Below are positions 29,185 to 38,692 of a stretch of 64,000 bases of DNA, piece by piece; the stretch's first letter is position 1, and the number at the start of each line of letters is the position of its first letter. The position numbers and the translations under genes were made by a program. This DNA comes from an uncultured Bacteroidota bacterium (GTDB lineage Bacteria > Bacteroidota > Bacteroidia > UBA4408). The stretch is from assembly GCA_903831265.1 (NCBI GenBank), contig CAIKXD010000174.1:44064-108063 (forward strand), given 5' to 3'. Below the pieces are notes generated by a model. It did not search any database, was not told the origin of the DNA, and saw only the letters and a program-made list of their open reading frames with translations.

Positions 29185-31122
29185 TTGGACGGTTCGGTCA
29201 GTTGCCCTTTGGGCATGGTTACAGGATTTATTTTTCATGGCTTTGGGCCACAATCATTCGTAGAGTTATCTGTTATAGGTGTGCTATTGATTTTCTCGGC
29301 TATAGTTGCAGCTGCAGAAGTCTCTTTCTTTTCTTTAGCACCGGCCGATTATGAACAACTTAAGCAAGATAATAGCACCCACGCACAAAAATTAATTCAG
29401 TTATTAGATAAACCTAAAAGCCTTATAGCCACTATTGTTATGAGTCATAATTTGGTGAATATTGGCGTGGTAATTATTTCTGAAATGCTTTTTAAACAAC
29501 ACTTCAACTTTAGTGATAGTCCGTTAACAGGATTTCTTATTAAAGTTGTGGTAGTAACTTTCGTAATTCTACTTATTGGTGAGGTGATTCCAAAGATTTA
29601 TGCAGCAAAAAATCCACGTGATTTAGCTTTAAAAATGGTGTATATTTTTGATATAGTTCAAAGATTGCTGACTCCGTTTGTTTGGATCCTTGTGGGTATT
29701 GCCGGTGCATTTGATAAGCGAATAAAACAAAAAACACCCGATTTGTCGGTAGATCAACTATCTCAAGCCCTTGAGCTTACTTCAAGTGAACACACGCCCG
29801 AAGAAGAAAGGAAAATCTTACAAGGAATTGTGGAGTTTGGAAATACAGAAGTAAGTCAGATTATGAAACCAAGAATTGATGTGGTTGCTTTTGATGAAAA
29901 TACTCCGTTTTTAGAAGTTATTGACCTCATAGTAAAAAATGGTTTCTCTCGAGTGCCAATTTATAGCGAAACTTTGGATAAAGTTGTTGGGGTGCTTTTT
30001 ATTAAAGATCTTATTGCTCATCTTGACAAAGGCAATGATTTTAACTGGCAAAGTTTATTAAGGCCCGCATTTTTTGTTCCTGAAAGCAAAAAGATTGATA
30101 ATTTAATGAAAGAATTTCAGAGCAAAAAAATACATCTGGCTATTGTTGTAGATGAGTATGGAGGGACTAACGGAATTGTAACACTCGAAGATGTTATTGA
30201 AGAAGTTATAGGTGAAATTAATGATGAGTTTGACGTTGAGGAGTTGGTTTATTCGAAGCTTGACGAAAACAATTATATTTTTGAAGCAAAAATTCCTTTA
30301 AATGATTTATATAGGGTGTTGGATATTGATGGTGAGGTTTTTGAAGATAAAAAAGGAGAATCAGACACATTAGCGGGATTTATTTTAGAATTGAGTGGAA
30401 AAATCCCTGTAAAAAATGAAAAAATTTCCTTCGACAATTATGTTTTTACGGTTGAATCGGTTGATAAAAGAAGGATAAAACGAATTAAACTTACAATACT
30501 TAATCACAACCAGCAAGGTACTTTTCATGATGGAGGAAAAATAATCCCGAGTGTTTTACTGCCATTCTTATTATTGATTTCTATTTTATTTACTTCTTGC
30601 GATGAAGATTATACACCAAAACCAAGGGGCTATTTTAGAATAGATTTGCCTACAAATACGTATCAAACGATTGCAACAAATTGCCCTTTTTCTTTTGAAT
30701 ACTCAAAATACGCCAACGCAAATGTATACGAGGGCAGCCAAATTGAAAACTGCTGGTATAATATCGATTACCCTAAGCTCAACGCCACAATACATTTAAG
30801 TTATTCACCTTTACAAGGAAAAGATGACTTAGAAAAACAATTAAGCAACTCAAGAACCCTAGTTTATAAGCATACTGTTAAAGCAGATGGTATTGAGGAA
30901 ATTCCAATCAGCTATGAATCTAAAAGTGTGTATGGATTAATTTACAATTTAAGTGGCAACAGTGCCTCTCAGGTACAGTTTTATTTAACAGACAGTACCA
31001 AGCATTTTTTAAGGTGTGCCTTGTATTTTAACTCAAGTCCCAATGCCGATTCTATTGCACCTGTATTAAATTACATTAGTAAGGATATTGATAGGTTTAT
31101 AGAAACTTTTCGCTGGCAATAA
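29185..31122 (+). CDS. gldE: GldE (DUF21-CBS pair-CorC/HlyC gliding motility protein) continuing in-frame, with no stop codon, into a GldD-like lipoprotein moiety. This is an apparent GldE-GldD fusion ORF (645 aa).
   Basis: N-terminal 4-TM DUF21. CBS pair (VVAFDENTPF...; HLAIVVDEYGGTNGIVTLEDVIEEVIGEI). CorC_HlyC region (FVFTVESVDKRRIKRIKLTIL). Then a hydrophobic stretch IIPSVLLPFLLLISILFTSC with LFTSC lipobox and a GldD-like mature part (DEDYTPKPRGYFRIDLPTNTY...). No in-frame stop between the two moieties. Confidence 0.7.
   Translation: MDGSVSCPLGMVTGFIFHGFGPQSFVELSVIGVLLIFSAIVAAAEVSFFSLAPADYEQLKQDNSTHAQKLIQLLDKPKSLIATIVMSHNLVNIGVVIISEMLFKQHFNFSDSPLTGFLIKVVVVTFVILLIGEVIPKIYAAKNPRDLALKMVYIFDIVQRLLTPFVWILVGIAGAFDKRIKQKTPDLSVDQLSQALELTSSEHTPEEERKILQGIVEFGNTEVSQIMKPRIDVVAFDENTPFLEVIDLIVKNGFSRVPIYSETLDKVVGVLFIKDLIAHLDKGNDFNWQSLLRPAFFVPESKKIDNLMKEFQSKKIHLAIVVDEYGGTNGIVTLEDVIEEVIGEINDEFDVEELVYSKLDENNYIFEAKIPLNDLYRVLDIDGEVFEDKKGESDTLAGFILELSGKIPVKNEKISFDNYVFTVESVDKRRIKRIKLTILNHNQQGTFHDGGKIIPSVLLPFLLLISILFTSCDEDYTPKPRGYFRIDLPTNTYQTIATNCPFSFEYSKYANANVYEGSQIENCWYNIDYPKLNATIHLSYSPLQGKDDLEKQLSNSRTLVYKHTVKADGIEEIPISYESKSVYGLIYNLSGNSASQVQFYLTDSTKHFLRCALYFNSSPNADSIAPVLNYISKDIDRFIETFRWQ
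30553..30600 (+). other. gldD: Internal signal-peptide-like hydrophobic segment ending in a lipobox (L-F-T-S-C, Cys codon at 30598..30600), marking the start of the GldD-like moiety.
   Basis: SVLLPFLLLISILFTSC|DED read directly from the translation. No upstream in-frame ATG/GTG start nearby; the only in-frame TTG would give a 9-residue signal. Confidence 0.55.
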
Positions 31123-31223
31123 GCAGCGTGTTTATTTGTGCCAACATTAAGTGTTGTTTGGTGTTGAATAAAGCCGTCTAAAGGATATAATCATAAAATA
31201 TACAGCTGGGCTAATAGAATTGC

Positions 31224-31258
31224 AAAAGCCTGTTCTAATTGATTAAAACAGGCTTTAG
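31224..31258. terminator. Bidirectional rho-independent terminator between convergent gldD-like and siaC-like genes.
   Basis: AAGCCTGTT-ctaattgattaa-AACAGGCTT perfect 9-bp stem with A-tract 5' and T-tract 3'. Confidence 0.65.
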
Positions 31259-31283
31259 TTTAATTGCTAATAGAATGAGTTAA

Positions 31284-31667
31284 CTATTCTTGCACCATCA
31301 CCATTTTAAAAGGCACATTAATGATAGCTTGATAATCTTCACCAGCCTCACTCATGTCCTCATCATCTTCTTCGTAATGCCAATTGATTATAACCTGGCT
31401 CTGTCCGCCCTTATTTATTGATTCAAGCTTTTTAAACACATCTAAAATGCATTTAGAAGAGCTTGTGTTAAAATATTCAAGTTGGATATTTACTATTGTA
31501 TCTGTTTTTGGTTTACTAGAGTATTTTTCTAACCAATCGATTAATGGTTTGTAAAATTCAATTGAATTTTCAGGAATAGATCTTCCTTTTATTTCTATAA
31601 TTCCTTGCTCTGCATCAAATTTAATGGTTGGTGTTTTTGCTGAGCCTTCTATTAATAAAGTTTCCAT
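31284..31667 (-). CDS. DUF1987-family protein (SiaC-like partner-switch component).
   Basis: 127 aa, the same length class as P. aeruginosa SiaC. N-terminal LIEGSAKTPTIKFDAEQGIIEIKGRSIPENSIEFYKPLIDWLEKY pattern typical of DUF1987. Confidence 0.5.
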   Translation of the reverse strand: METLLIEGSAKTPTIKFDAEQGIIEIKGRSIPENSIEFYKPLIDWLEKYSSKPKTDTIVNIQLEYFNTSSSKCILDVFKKLESINKGGQSQVIINWHYEEDDEDMSEAGEDYQAIINVPFKMVMVQE

Positions 31668-31696
31668 AGTGTTTATAAAGGGTTGTGTAGGTTTTA

Positions 31697-32266
31697 CTAT
31701 ATTTTAATGTTAAGGCTAAAGAATGAAAACTGGTCATCAATATCAACAAAGTTAAAGTTTAGCTTTTGTCCTGATTTTCTAGCGATATCAATCATACCAA
31801 GACCACCACCACCTTTTTCGGAAAACTCATCGTTGTTAAGTATTTCTTTGTAGTATTCCTTTAGCTCATCTTTATTCATTACGTTAATTCTATTTAGCTT
31901 TTCGCGCAGAGAAGCTACATTTTCGTTAAGGATATAATTTCCTGTAATGATGTTGTATTCTGTACCTATTTTGCCAATCATAAAGATGGCCGAACGGTAC
32001 TTTTTTGCTTTTTCGGAATTGTCATTTATATCTACATCTAAATGATGATATAAATTTTGCAGACATTCTACAAGTACATTATATACTTTTTTCTTGATTT
32101 TTGGTTCCTCTTGCAAGTTGTCTAACTTGCTTTCCATAATTTGTAGTATAGAGGTAAGCAACTCAGCGGTGATATCACCCTTGAACGAAAGCATAATTTT
32201 ATTACGCTCCATTTTGTCGTAAAACTCATAAATATCAAGCATTTCAGAAATTTTTACGTCTTGCAA
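31697..32266 (-). CDS. SiaB-like small GHKL-type protein kinase/anti-sigma-factor-like protein.
   Basis: 189 aa. G2-box GGGGLGMIDIARKSG near the C-terminus. Located 30 nt upstream of the DUF1987 gene on the same strand, in the siaB-siaC order. Confidence 0.45.
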   Translation of the reverse strand: MQDVKISEMLDIYEFYDKMERNKIMLSFKGDITAELLTSILQIMESKLDNLQEEPKIKKKVYNVLVECLQNLYHHLDVDINDNSEKAKKYRSAIFMIGKIGTEYNIITGNYILNENVASLREKLNRINVMNKDELKEYYKEILNNDEFSEKGGGGLGMIDIARKSGQKLNFNFVDIDDQFSFFSLNIKI

Positions 32267-32404
32267 GTTACCTTTCTTTATTGGTTAATAACTAACTTTA
32301 CTTTTATTAATTGTGGCAAATTTATAAATTACTTCAAAATCTACAATTTTTTTATCAAAAAAAATATCGTTATATGAAATGATAATATCGACAAAATTTT
32401 TAAT

Positions 32405-33220
32405 TTAAGAATTTGTGTCATCAGAATGCATGTATTTGGACACAATGGTTTGAAATTCATCAAAAATAAGGCTATTTGAGCAAACTATTTGTTGTCCAAA
32501 AATAAAATTATCATTACCGCTAAAATCACTCACTTTGCCACCTGCTTCACTAATAATTATAGTTCCGGCAGCAACATCCCATGGCTTTAAGGAGTATTCA
32601 TAAAAACCTTCAAATCTTCCTGCGGCTACATAAGCCATATCGGCTGCAGCGCTTCCAAGCCTTCTTACACCGTGTGTGTTCTTCATAAAGTACTTAAATA
32701 AACTTAAGTATTCATCAAGCCATTTATAATCGTAGTATGGGAAACCAGTGGCCAGTAAAGAATTTTTTAATGTGGTTGCATTAGAAACATGAATTTTATT
32801 TCCATTTAAATAGGCGCCACCATTTTTCCAAGCGTAAAAGCACTCTTGTAAGTTAAGTTCATAAATAACACCAACAACTATTTTATCATTTTCCATTAGC
32901 GCAATGCTAATGCAATAGCAGGGCACACCATGAATAAAATTGGTGGTTCCATCTAAAGGATCAATAATCCAATTATAAGTATCACCATGTTTAGGTTTTG
33001 TATTTTCTTCAGCAATAAAGCCTGCTCCTTTAACCAGAGGCTCCAAAGCATCTACAATTAATTTTTCGGATGTTTTATCAACTCTAGTTACAAAATCATT
33101 AAGGCCTTTCACTTCAACCTGATCTTTTACAATCTTTCCCCTTTCACTTTGTATATATATTGCAGTTTTTTTTGAAATATCTATTACAGCATCACAAATT
33201 TGAGCATAATTTAAATTCAT
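32405..33220 (-). CDS. Inositol monophosphatase family protein (SuhB/IMPase-like).
   Basis: DPLDGTTNF and WDVAAG metal-binding motifs. Confidence 0.8.
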   Translation of the reverse strand: MNLNYAQICDAVIDISKKTAIYIQSERGKIVKDQVEVKGLNDFVTRVDKTSEKLIVDALEPLVKGAGFIAEENTKPKHGDTYNWIIDPLDGTTNFIHGVPCYCISIALMENDKIVVGVIYELNLQECFYAWKNGGAYLNGNKIHVSNATTLKNSLLATGFPYYDYKWLDEYLSLFKYFMKNTHGVRRLGSAAADMAYVAAGRFEGFYEYSLKPWDVAAGTIIISEAGGKVSDFSGNDNFIFGQQIVCSNSLIFDEFQTIVSKYMHSDDTNS

Positions 33221-34389
33221 ATATCTGTTGGTTTTGATTCAATAACAAGATTCTTTTTATTGAAATAATAAATACCCAAACCTCCTAAAACTATAAATAC
33301 TGAAGCAATAATTTCGGCTTGTGTAATTGCATATGTACCTATATGATATTTTGTGTTTACCCTAATTTGTTCAATCAGCAATCTTTCAATACCGTTTAAT
33401 AAAATGTAGAGCGAGAAGAAAACCCCTGCTTTTTTAATCTTTGTTCTAAATATCCACAATAGAAAAAATAATATAATGCAAGCAATGCTTTCGTATAAAG
33501 GTGTTGGAAATACAGCTTCGGCTAGCATGTAACAGTGTTTACCTTGGCAACCTGGAATTGGAATACCATCACTAATTACATTGTGAGGGTAATTATATTT
33601 CCAGAACCAATCGGGTAAAAAGCTCATGATTTGGGGCTTTTCTAAATTATTTACAATACCCCAGTCTCCATCGCCACTCATGTGGCAACCTATACGACCA
33701 ATAGCATAACCAATCATCAACGGACCCGCAGCGCTATCGGCCATATGAATAAACGGAATGTTTATTTTTTTTGAATAAAAATACAAGGTTATTGAAGTAA
33801 GAATAAGCCCTCCATACATGGTTAAACCGCTAAATGAAGCGAGTGCATCTAAAGGGTCGGCTAAAAATTCATCAATATTTTCGAGGTTGTGAAAAAGTTT
33901 TGCTCCTAAAAGTCCTGCTACTGCACTAATGATAACAATATTTCCAATTTGTTCGTGAGGGTGAATAGCTATTTTTTCTTTAGTTGGCATAGCTTTTTTA
34001 AGCTTGTCTTTTTCGCGATAACGCATATAAGCCGAAATTGCACCTATTATTAATCCTCCAGGTAAACTTCCTATGCTAGAAAGTATCACTGCCTGGGGGT
34101 TATCGGCAAAATAGGCATAGTTAAATGCAGCAAAAACAATTTTATATCCAATTGCAAATCCGGTGATAAATGAAAATAACAGCTCTTGTAATGTGGCAGG
34201 TTTACCAACAATAATGGTTACATAGTTAACAGACAATAGCCCTTCGTTTTCTTTTCTTTTGAGCTCGGCAGCCAAAATAGCGCCTGAGATTAAAAAAGCA
34301 ATAGCTACAAAAAAACCAAATGTTTGAATTGGTAGTGCAAAATGAACACCGAAAAGGTCTTGAATTAAATCAGTGATTGTTGGATACAT
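33217..34389 (-). CDS. lgt: Prolipoprotein diacylglyceryl transferase (long Bacteroidota form).
   Basis: 390 aa polytopic membrane protein. GYAIGRIGCHMSGDGDWG resembles the Lgt signature G-R-x-G-N/C...GC. Start overlaps the upstream gene by 4 nt. Confidence 0.5.
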   Translation of the reverse strand: MYPTITDLIQDLFGVHFALPIQTFGFFVAIAFLISGAILAAELKRKENEGLLSVNYVTIIVGKPATLQELLFSFITGFAIGYKIVFAAFNYAYFADNPQAVILSSIGSLPGGLIIGAISAYMRYREKDKLKKAMPTKEKIAIHPHEQIGNIVIISAVAGLLGAKLFHNLENIDEFLADPLDALASFSGLTMYGGLILTSITLYFYSKKINIPFIHMADSAAGPLMIGYAIGRIGCHMSGDGDWGIVNNLEKPQIMSFLPDWFWKYNYPHNVISDGIPIPGCQGKHCYMLAEAVFPTPLYESIACIILFFLLWIFRTKIKKAGVFFSLYILLNGIERLLIEQIRVNTKYHIGTYAITQAEIIASVFIVLGGLGIYYFNKKNLVIESKPTDI

Positions 34390-34440
34390 TATACTTATTT
34401 AGTGGAGCAAATATAATGTTATGCTTTAATTTTATTGATG

Positions 34441-34722
34441 TTATTCATAAACATCTGTCTCTTTTATGCGTTTGTTAGCATTGTGAGTTTCATTATCGTT
34501 TGCTTGTCTGTATTTTTCGTAATAAACGCCATACTTAGGCATAAAGTAGTAGGTAATTAAGGTAAGAAAAGCAATCGCTAAAAGGATTAAGAGTGGATTG
34601 CTTAACAACTTTTTTAACCGGTTTTTAGTTACAACCGGTTTCTTTTTTTTGTATTTTACTCTTACTCTTTTACGCAATCTTCCCGACTTTGGGGATATTG
34701 AATATTGCTCGTTAGAATCCAT
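34441..34722 (-). CDS. Small basic membrane protein, hypothetical.
   Basis: 93 aa. K/R-rich N-terminus followed by one TM helix (LLILLAIAFLTLITYYF). Confidence 0.3.
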   Translation of the reverse strand: MDSNEQYSISPKSGRLRKRVRVKYKKKKPVVTKNRLKKLLSNPLLILLAIAFLTLITYYFMPKYGVYYEKYRQANDNETHNANKRIKETDVYE

Positions 34723-34830
34723 TTATTATTCTTTAAAGTATTAAATCAAAGTTACTAAAACATTTTTAATCAAAATAAAAATAGTTTTACGCTTTGGTTT
34801 TTAATTTGTGTTATTTTAACGATTTGGATG

Positions 34831-36147
34831 TTAGAATTCGGGCATTAATTCGCCCAAAAGATTGCCTTCGGCATCAATTTTACCGATTTTAATTTTTCTT
34901 TTTTGATTAATGAGTTCGTTATTGAATGGCACACTTACGCGCAAATAATTTCGGCTATAGCCATAAATACGATTGTTTTTTTGCTCAAATTCAAATAGTA
35001 CTTCCTGTTCTGTATCCTTAAAATTATTGTAAAATGCTGTTTTCTTTTTTGATGATAAAATACGTAGCATTTTTGTTCTACGCTTGCGTTCTGCCATGTT
35101 TACTACATTTTCGAATTGCATAGCTTCTGTATTTGCTCTTTCAGAATAGGTAAACACATGCAAGTAGGCAATGTTTAATTCATTAAGAAAGTTGTAAGTA
35201 TCTAAAAAGTCTTCTTCTGTTTCGCCTGGGAAGCCGGTAATAACATCAACACCTATACAACAATCTGGAATTAACTTATTAATTGTTGCAACTCTATCGC
35301 TATACAATTCGCGCAGATAGCGCCTTTTCATTAACTTTAAGATTTTATTACTACCACTTTGCAAAGGAATATGAAAATGAGGTACAAATTTTTTAGAGCT
35401 TGCTACAAACTGTATCGTTTCATTTTTTAGCAAATTGGGTTCGATACTCGAAATTCTATACCTTTCAATGCCATCCACCTGATCGAGCGCCTTCACTAAA
35501 TCTAAAAAGGTATGCTCGTGTTTTTTATTGCCGTTTTCGCCCTTGCCATAATCGCCAATGTTTACGCCTGTGAGCACAATTTCTTTGATTCCTTTTTGTG
35601 CAATTTCAGAAGCGCTGTTCAAAACATTGTTCAAATTGTCGCTTCTGCTGATTCCGCGTGCCAGAGGAATGGTGCAATAGGTGCAACTATAATCGCAGCC
35701 ATCCTGCACTTTCAAGAAAGCACGCGTTCTATCGCCAAAACTATAAGCACTTGTAAATACATTGGCATCTTCTATTTCGCAACTGTGTATTTCAGTAAAT
35801 TGTTTTTTGTTAAGATCATTGATGTAATCAATAATACGGAACTTTTCAGTAGCACCTAATACCAGATCAACACCTTTAATTTTAGCAATTTCATCTGGCT
35901 TGAGTTGTGCATAACAACCAACAATACATACAAAAGCACCAGGCGCTTGTTTTAATGCCTGTTGCACAATTTTTTTACATTCTTTATCGGCATTTTCGGT
36001 AACCGAACACGTGTTAATTACATACACTTCTGCAGCCGAGTTAAAAGGCACACGTTCATAACCACTATCTACAAATTGCCTTGCAATAGTGCTCGTTTCT
36101 GCAAAGTTTAGTTTGCAACCTAAAGTATGAAAAGCAACTTTTATCAA
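34831..36147 (-). CDS. mtaB: Radical-SAM methylthiotransferase, MtaB-like (tRNA t6A37 methylthiotransferase).
   Basis: 438 aa. UPF0004 N-terminal domain (FHTLGCKLNFAETS...INTCSVT). Radical SAM CDYSCTYC motif. TRAM-like C-terminus. The length fits MtaB better than MiaB. Confidence 0.7.
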   Translation of the reverse strand: MIKVAFHTLGCKLNFAETSTIARQFVDSGYERVPFNSAAEVYVINTCSVTENADKECKKIVQQALKQAPGAFVCIVGCYAQLKPDEIAKIKGVDLVLGATEKFRIIDYINDLNKKQFTEIHSCEIEDANVFTSAYSFGDRTRAFLKVQDGCDYSCTYCTIPLARGISRSDNLNNVLNSASEIAQKGIKEIVLTGVNIGDYGKGENGNKKHEHTFLDLVKALDQVDGIERYRISSIEPNLLKNETIQFVASSKKFVPHFHIPLQSGSNKILKLMKRRYLRELYSDRVATINKLIPDCCIGVDVITGFPGETEEDFLDTYNFLNELNIAYLHVFTYSERANTEAMQFENVVNMAERKRRTKMLRILSSKKKTAFYNNFKDTEQEVLFEFEQKNNRIYGYSRNYLRVSVPFNNELINQKRKIKIGKIDAEGNLLGELMPEF

Positions 36148-36171
36148 AGTGATTTTTAGGTATTAATTGAA

Positions 36172-38418
36172 TTAATTTTCGGCCATAATGGTCGATAAGG
36201 CAGTATCGAAATAATGCTTGTATTCGTGGCAATTGCCATAAGTTACACCATCTATTTTTATTTCTTTTTGCGCCACTTCACCTAGAGCAAAAAATGGCAC
36301 ATTTAAACCTTTCAAGGTTGTTTCAAAAGTATTTTTTTGTGAAGGATCAATGCTCACAATTACTCTGCTTTGTGCTTCTCCAAATAGAAAGGCATCTTTT
36401 CTAAAATTTTTATCTGTATTGATATGAAAGCTTAAATCGCTGGCCATGGCGCATTCTAAAACAGCCACAAATAAACCACCATCAGAACAGTCATTAGCTG
36501 ATGCAATTAAATCTTGCTTGATTATGGCAGTTACCGCTTTTTGTAAATTATATTCTTTATCTAAATCGAAATAAGGTGCAGGACTGTTTTTAACACCAAC
36601 ATAAGAATACAAATATTCTGAAGAATTGATATCGTTAACCGACTCACCCACCAAATAAATTAAATCATCCACTTTTTTAAAGCCAATGCCTGTAAATGTT
36701 TTTTTAGCATCTAAAATTCCAAGCATACCAATGGTTGGTGTTGGAAAAACAGGTTCCGTTTTATCGCCATTGGTACTTTGGTTATAGAAGCTCACATTAC
36801 CACCAGTAACAGGGGTTTCAAACTTTTTACAAGCAGCGCTCATCCCTTTAATGGCACCTACAAATTGCCAATACACTTCGGGGTTATATGGATTGCCAAA
36901 ATTTAAACAATTAGTTACTGCTAAACCTACACCACCAGCACATACAATATTTCTTGATGCCTCTGCTACAGCTATAGCACAACCTACTTCTGGGTCGGCA
37001 TTTACATAACGGCTATTGCAATCTACAGCAAGTGCTAGTGCTCTATCGCTATCTTTTAAATTAACAATGGCTGCCGAAGAGGGCTTATTGGTGCTCATGT
37101 TGAGTGTACCTACCATGCTATCGTATTGCTCATAAACCCACTTTTTAGAAGCTATGTTGGGATGATTTACCAAATGCATCATGACCGCCTTTAAATCGGT
37201 TGGTTCAGGAACTGAGCTAATATTAAACTTTTTAGATTCGGCATAATATGCCGGTTCTTTATATTCGCGATGATAGACTGGAGCACCGCCACCCAACACT
37301 AAATCGTGTGCAGGTACATCTGCCACTAATTGACCATTCATGAAATATTGCAAACGTTTGGTATCGGTAACTTCACCTATAATTTCGCAATTTAAATCCC
37401 ATTTTTCGAATACGGATTCAACTGCTTTTTCTTTTCCTTTTTCAACCACAATCAACATTCTTTCCTGACTTTCGGAAAGCAGAATTTCAAAGGGCTGCAT
37501 GCCTGCTTGGCGGGTTGGCACTTTGTCTAAGTGAATAATCATACCGTGCTCACCTTTAGCGCTCATTTCGCTGGTAGAACATGTAATACCTGCTGCACCC
37601 ATATCTTGCATGCCAATAACAGCACCCGTTTTTATTACTTCTAAAGTAGCTTCTAATAATAATTTTTCTTGAAATGGATCGCCTACTTGCACTGCTGGCA
37701 GGTCTTTGGCAGAATCTTCGGTAATATCTGCCGAAGCAAATGTAGCCCCATGTATGCCATCTTTACCCGTAGCAGAACCAACAATGTACACTGGATTTCC
37801 AACGCCATAAGAAGTGGCAGAAACTGTTTCGCCCTTTTTAACAATACCCACGCTCATGGCATTTACCAATGGGTTTACTTCATAGCAATCATCAAAAAAC
37901 ACTTCGCCACCAACTGTAGGAATTCCAAAGGCATTGCCATAATCGCCAATTCCTTTAACCACGCCACGCAACAACCATTTGGTGCGTTGGTTATTGATAT
38001 TTCCAAAGCGTAAAGAATTTAATTGTGCTATTGGGCGCGCGCCCATGGTAAATATATCTCTGTTGATACCGCCAACACCCGTAGCAGCGCCTTGATAAGG
38101 CTCTAATGCACTTGGATGATTATGCGATTCAATTTTAAAAGCGCAACCTAAACCATCGCCAATATCAACCAATCCTGCGTTTTCTTCGCCTGCTTTTGCT
38201 AACATTCGTGGTCCATCTTTTGGCAAGGTTTTAAGCCATACAATTGAGTTTTTGTATGAACAATGTTCGCTCCACATTACTGAAAAAATGCTGAGTTCGG
38301 TAAAGTTAGGCACACGCCCTAAAATTTCGGTAATACGCTCAAATTCCTGAGGAAGTAAACCAAGTTTTTTAGCTGTTTCAACTGTTTCGGGGGCACCAAC
38401 TAGTATTGTATTATGCAT
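36172..38418 (-). CDS. purL: Phosphoribosylformylglycinamidine synthase subunit PurL (FGAM synthase II).
   Basis: 748 aa. Duplicated AIR-synthase-like (PurM-like) domains. Conserved [11 protein letters not shown] motif region ([24 protein letters not shown]). Confidence 0.9.
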   Translation of the reverse strand: MHNTILVGAPETVETAKKLGLLPQEFERITEILGRVPNFTELSIFSVMWSEHCSYKNSIVWLKTLPKDGPRMLAKAGEENAGLVDIGDGLGCAFKIESHNHPSALEPYQGAATGVGGINRDIFTMGARPIAQLNSLRFGNINNQRTKWLLRGVVKGIGDYGNAFGIPTVGGEVFFDDCYEVNPLVNAMSVGIVKKGETVSATSYGVGNPVYIVGSATGKDGIHGATFASADITEDSAKDLPAVQVGDPFQEKLLLEATLEVIKTGAVIGMQDMGAAGITCSTSEMSAKGEHGMIIHLDKVPTRQAGMQPFEILLSESQERMLIVVEKGKEKAVESVFEKWDLNCEIIGEVTDTKRLQYFMNGQLVADVPAHDLVLGGGAPVYHREYKEPAYYAESKKFNISSVPEPTDLKAVMMHLVNHPNIASKKWVYEQYDSMVGTLNMSTNKPSSAAIVNLKDSDRALALAVDCNSRYVNADPEVGCAIAVAEASRNIVCAGGVGLAVTNCLNFGNPYNPEVYWQFVGAIKGMSAACKKFETPVTGGNVSFYNQSTNGDKTEPVFPTPTIGMLGILDAKKTFTGIGFKKVDDLIYLVGESVNDINSSEYLYSYVGVKNSPAPYFDLDKEYNLQKAVTAIIKQDLIASANDCSDGGLFVAVLECAMASDLSFHINTDKNFRKDAFLFGEAQSRVIVSIDPSQKNTFETTLKGLNVPFFALGEVAQKEIKIDGVTYGNCHEYKHYFDTALSTIMAEN

Positions 38419-38692
38419 ATAAATGGATTGTTTTTTTTAAGGATGCAAATGTAATAAATAGTGGTGGATATTGGAGAATATAAAGAGGTAATAAAATGAA
38501 AGGATAAGCACCAGAGTTATTTTAGCCAACCCAAGTTTGGGAAAGGGGTCATTTAGCTATCAGACGCCAACCTTTTGAGAATTCGTCATTATTGCAAGCA
38601 TAAAATGTCAATATTGATTTATGAAACTAGAATTTATTCTACATTCGCAACAGCTTAAAATTAACTTTTTAAAAAGCTTTGCATTATAATAG

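Noticed and set aside
38419-38692. Purine/ZTP riboswitch upstream of purL.
   Set aside because: I could not recognise the conserved riboswitch cores by eye in either orientation. The region is left unannotated.
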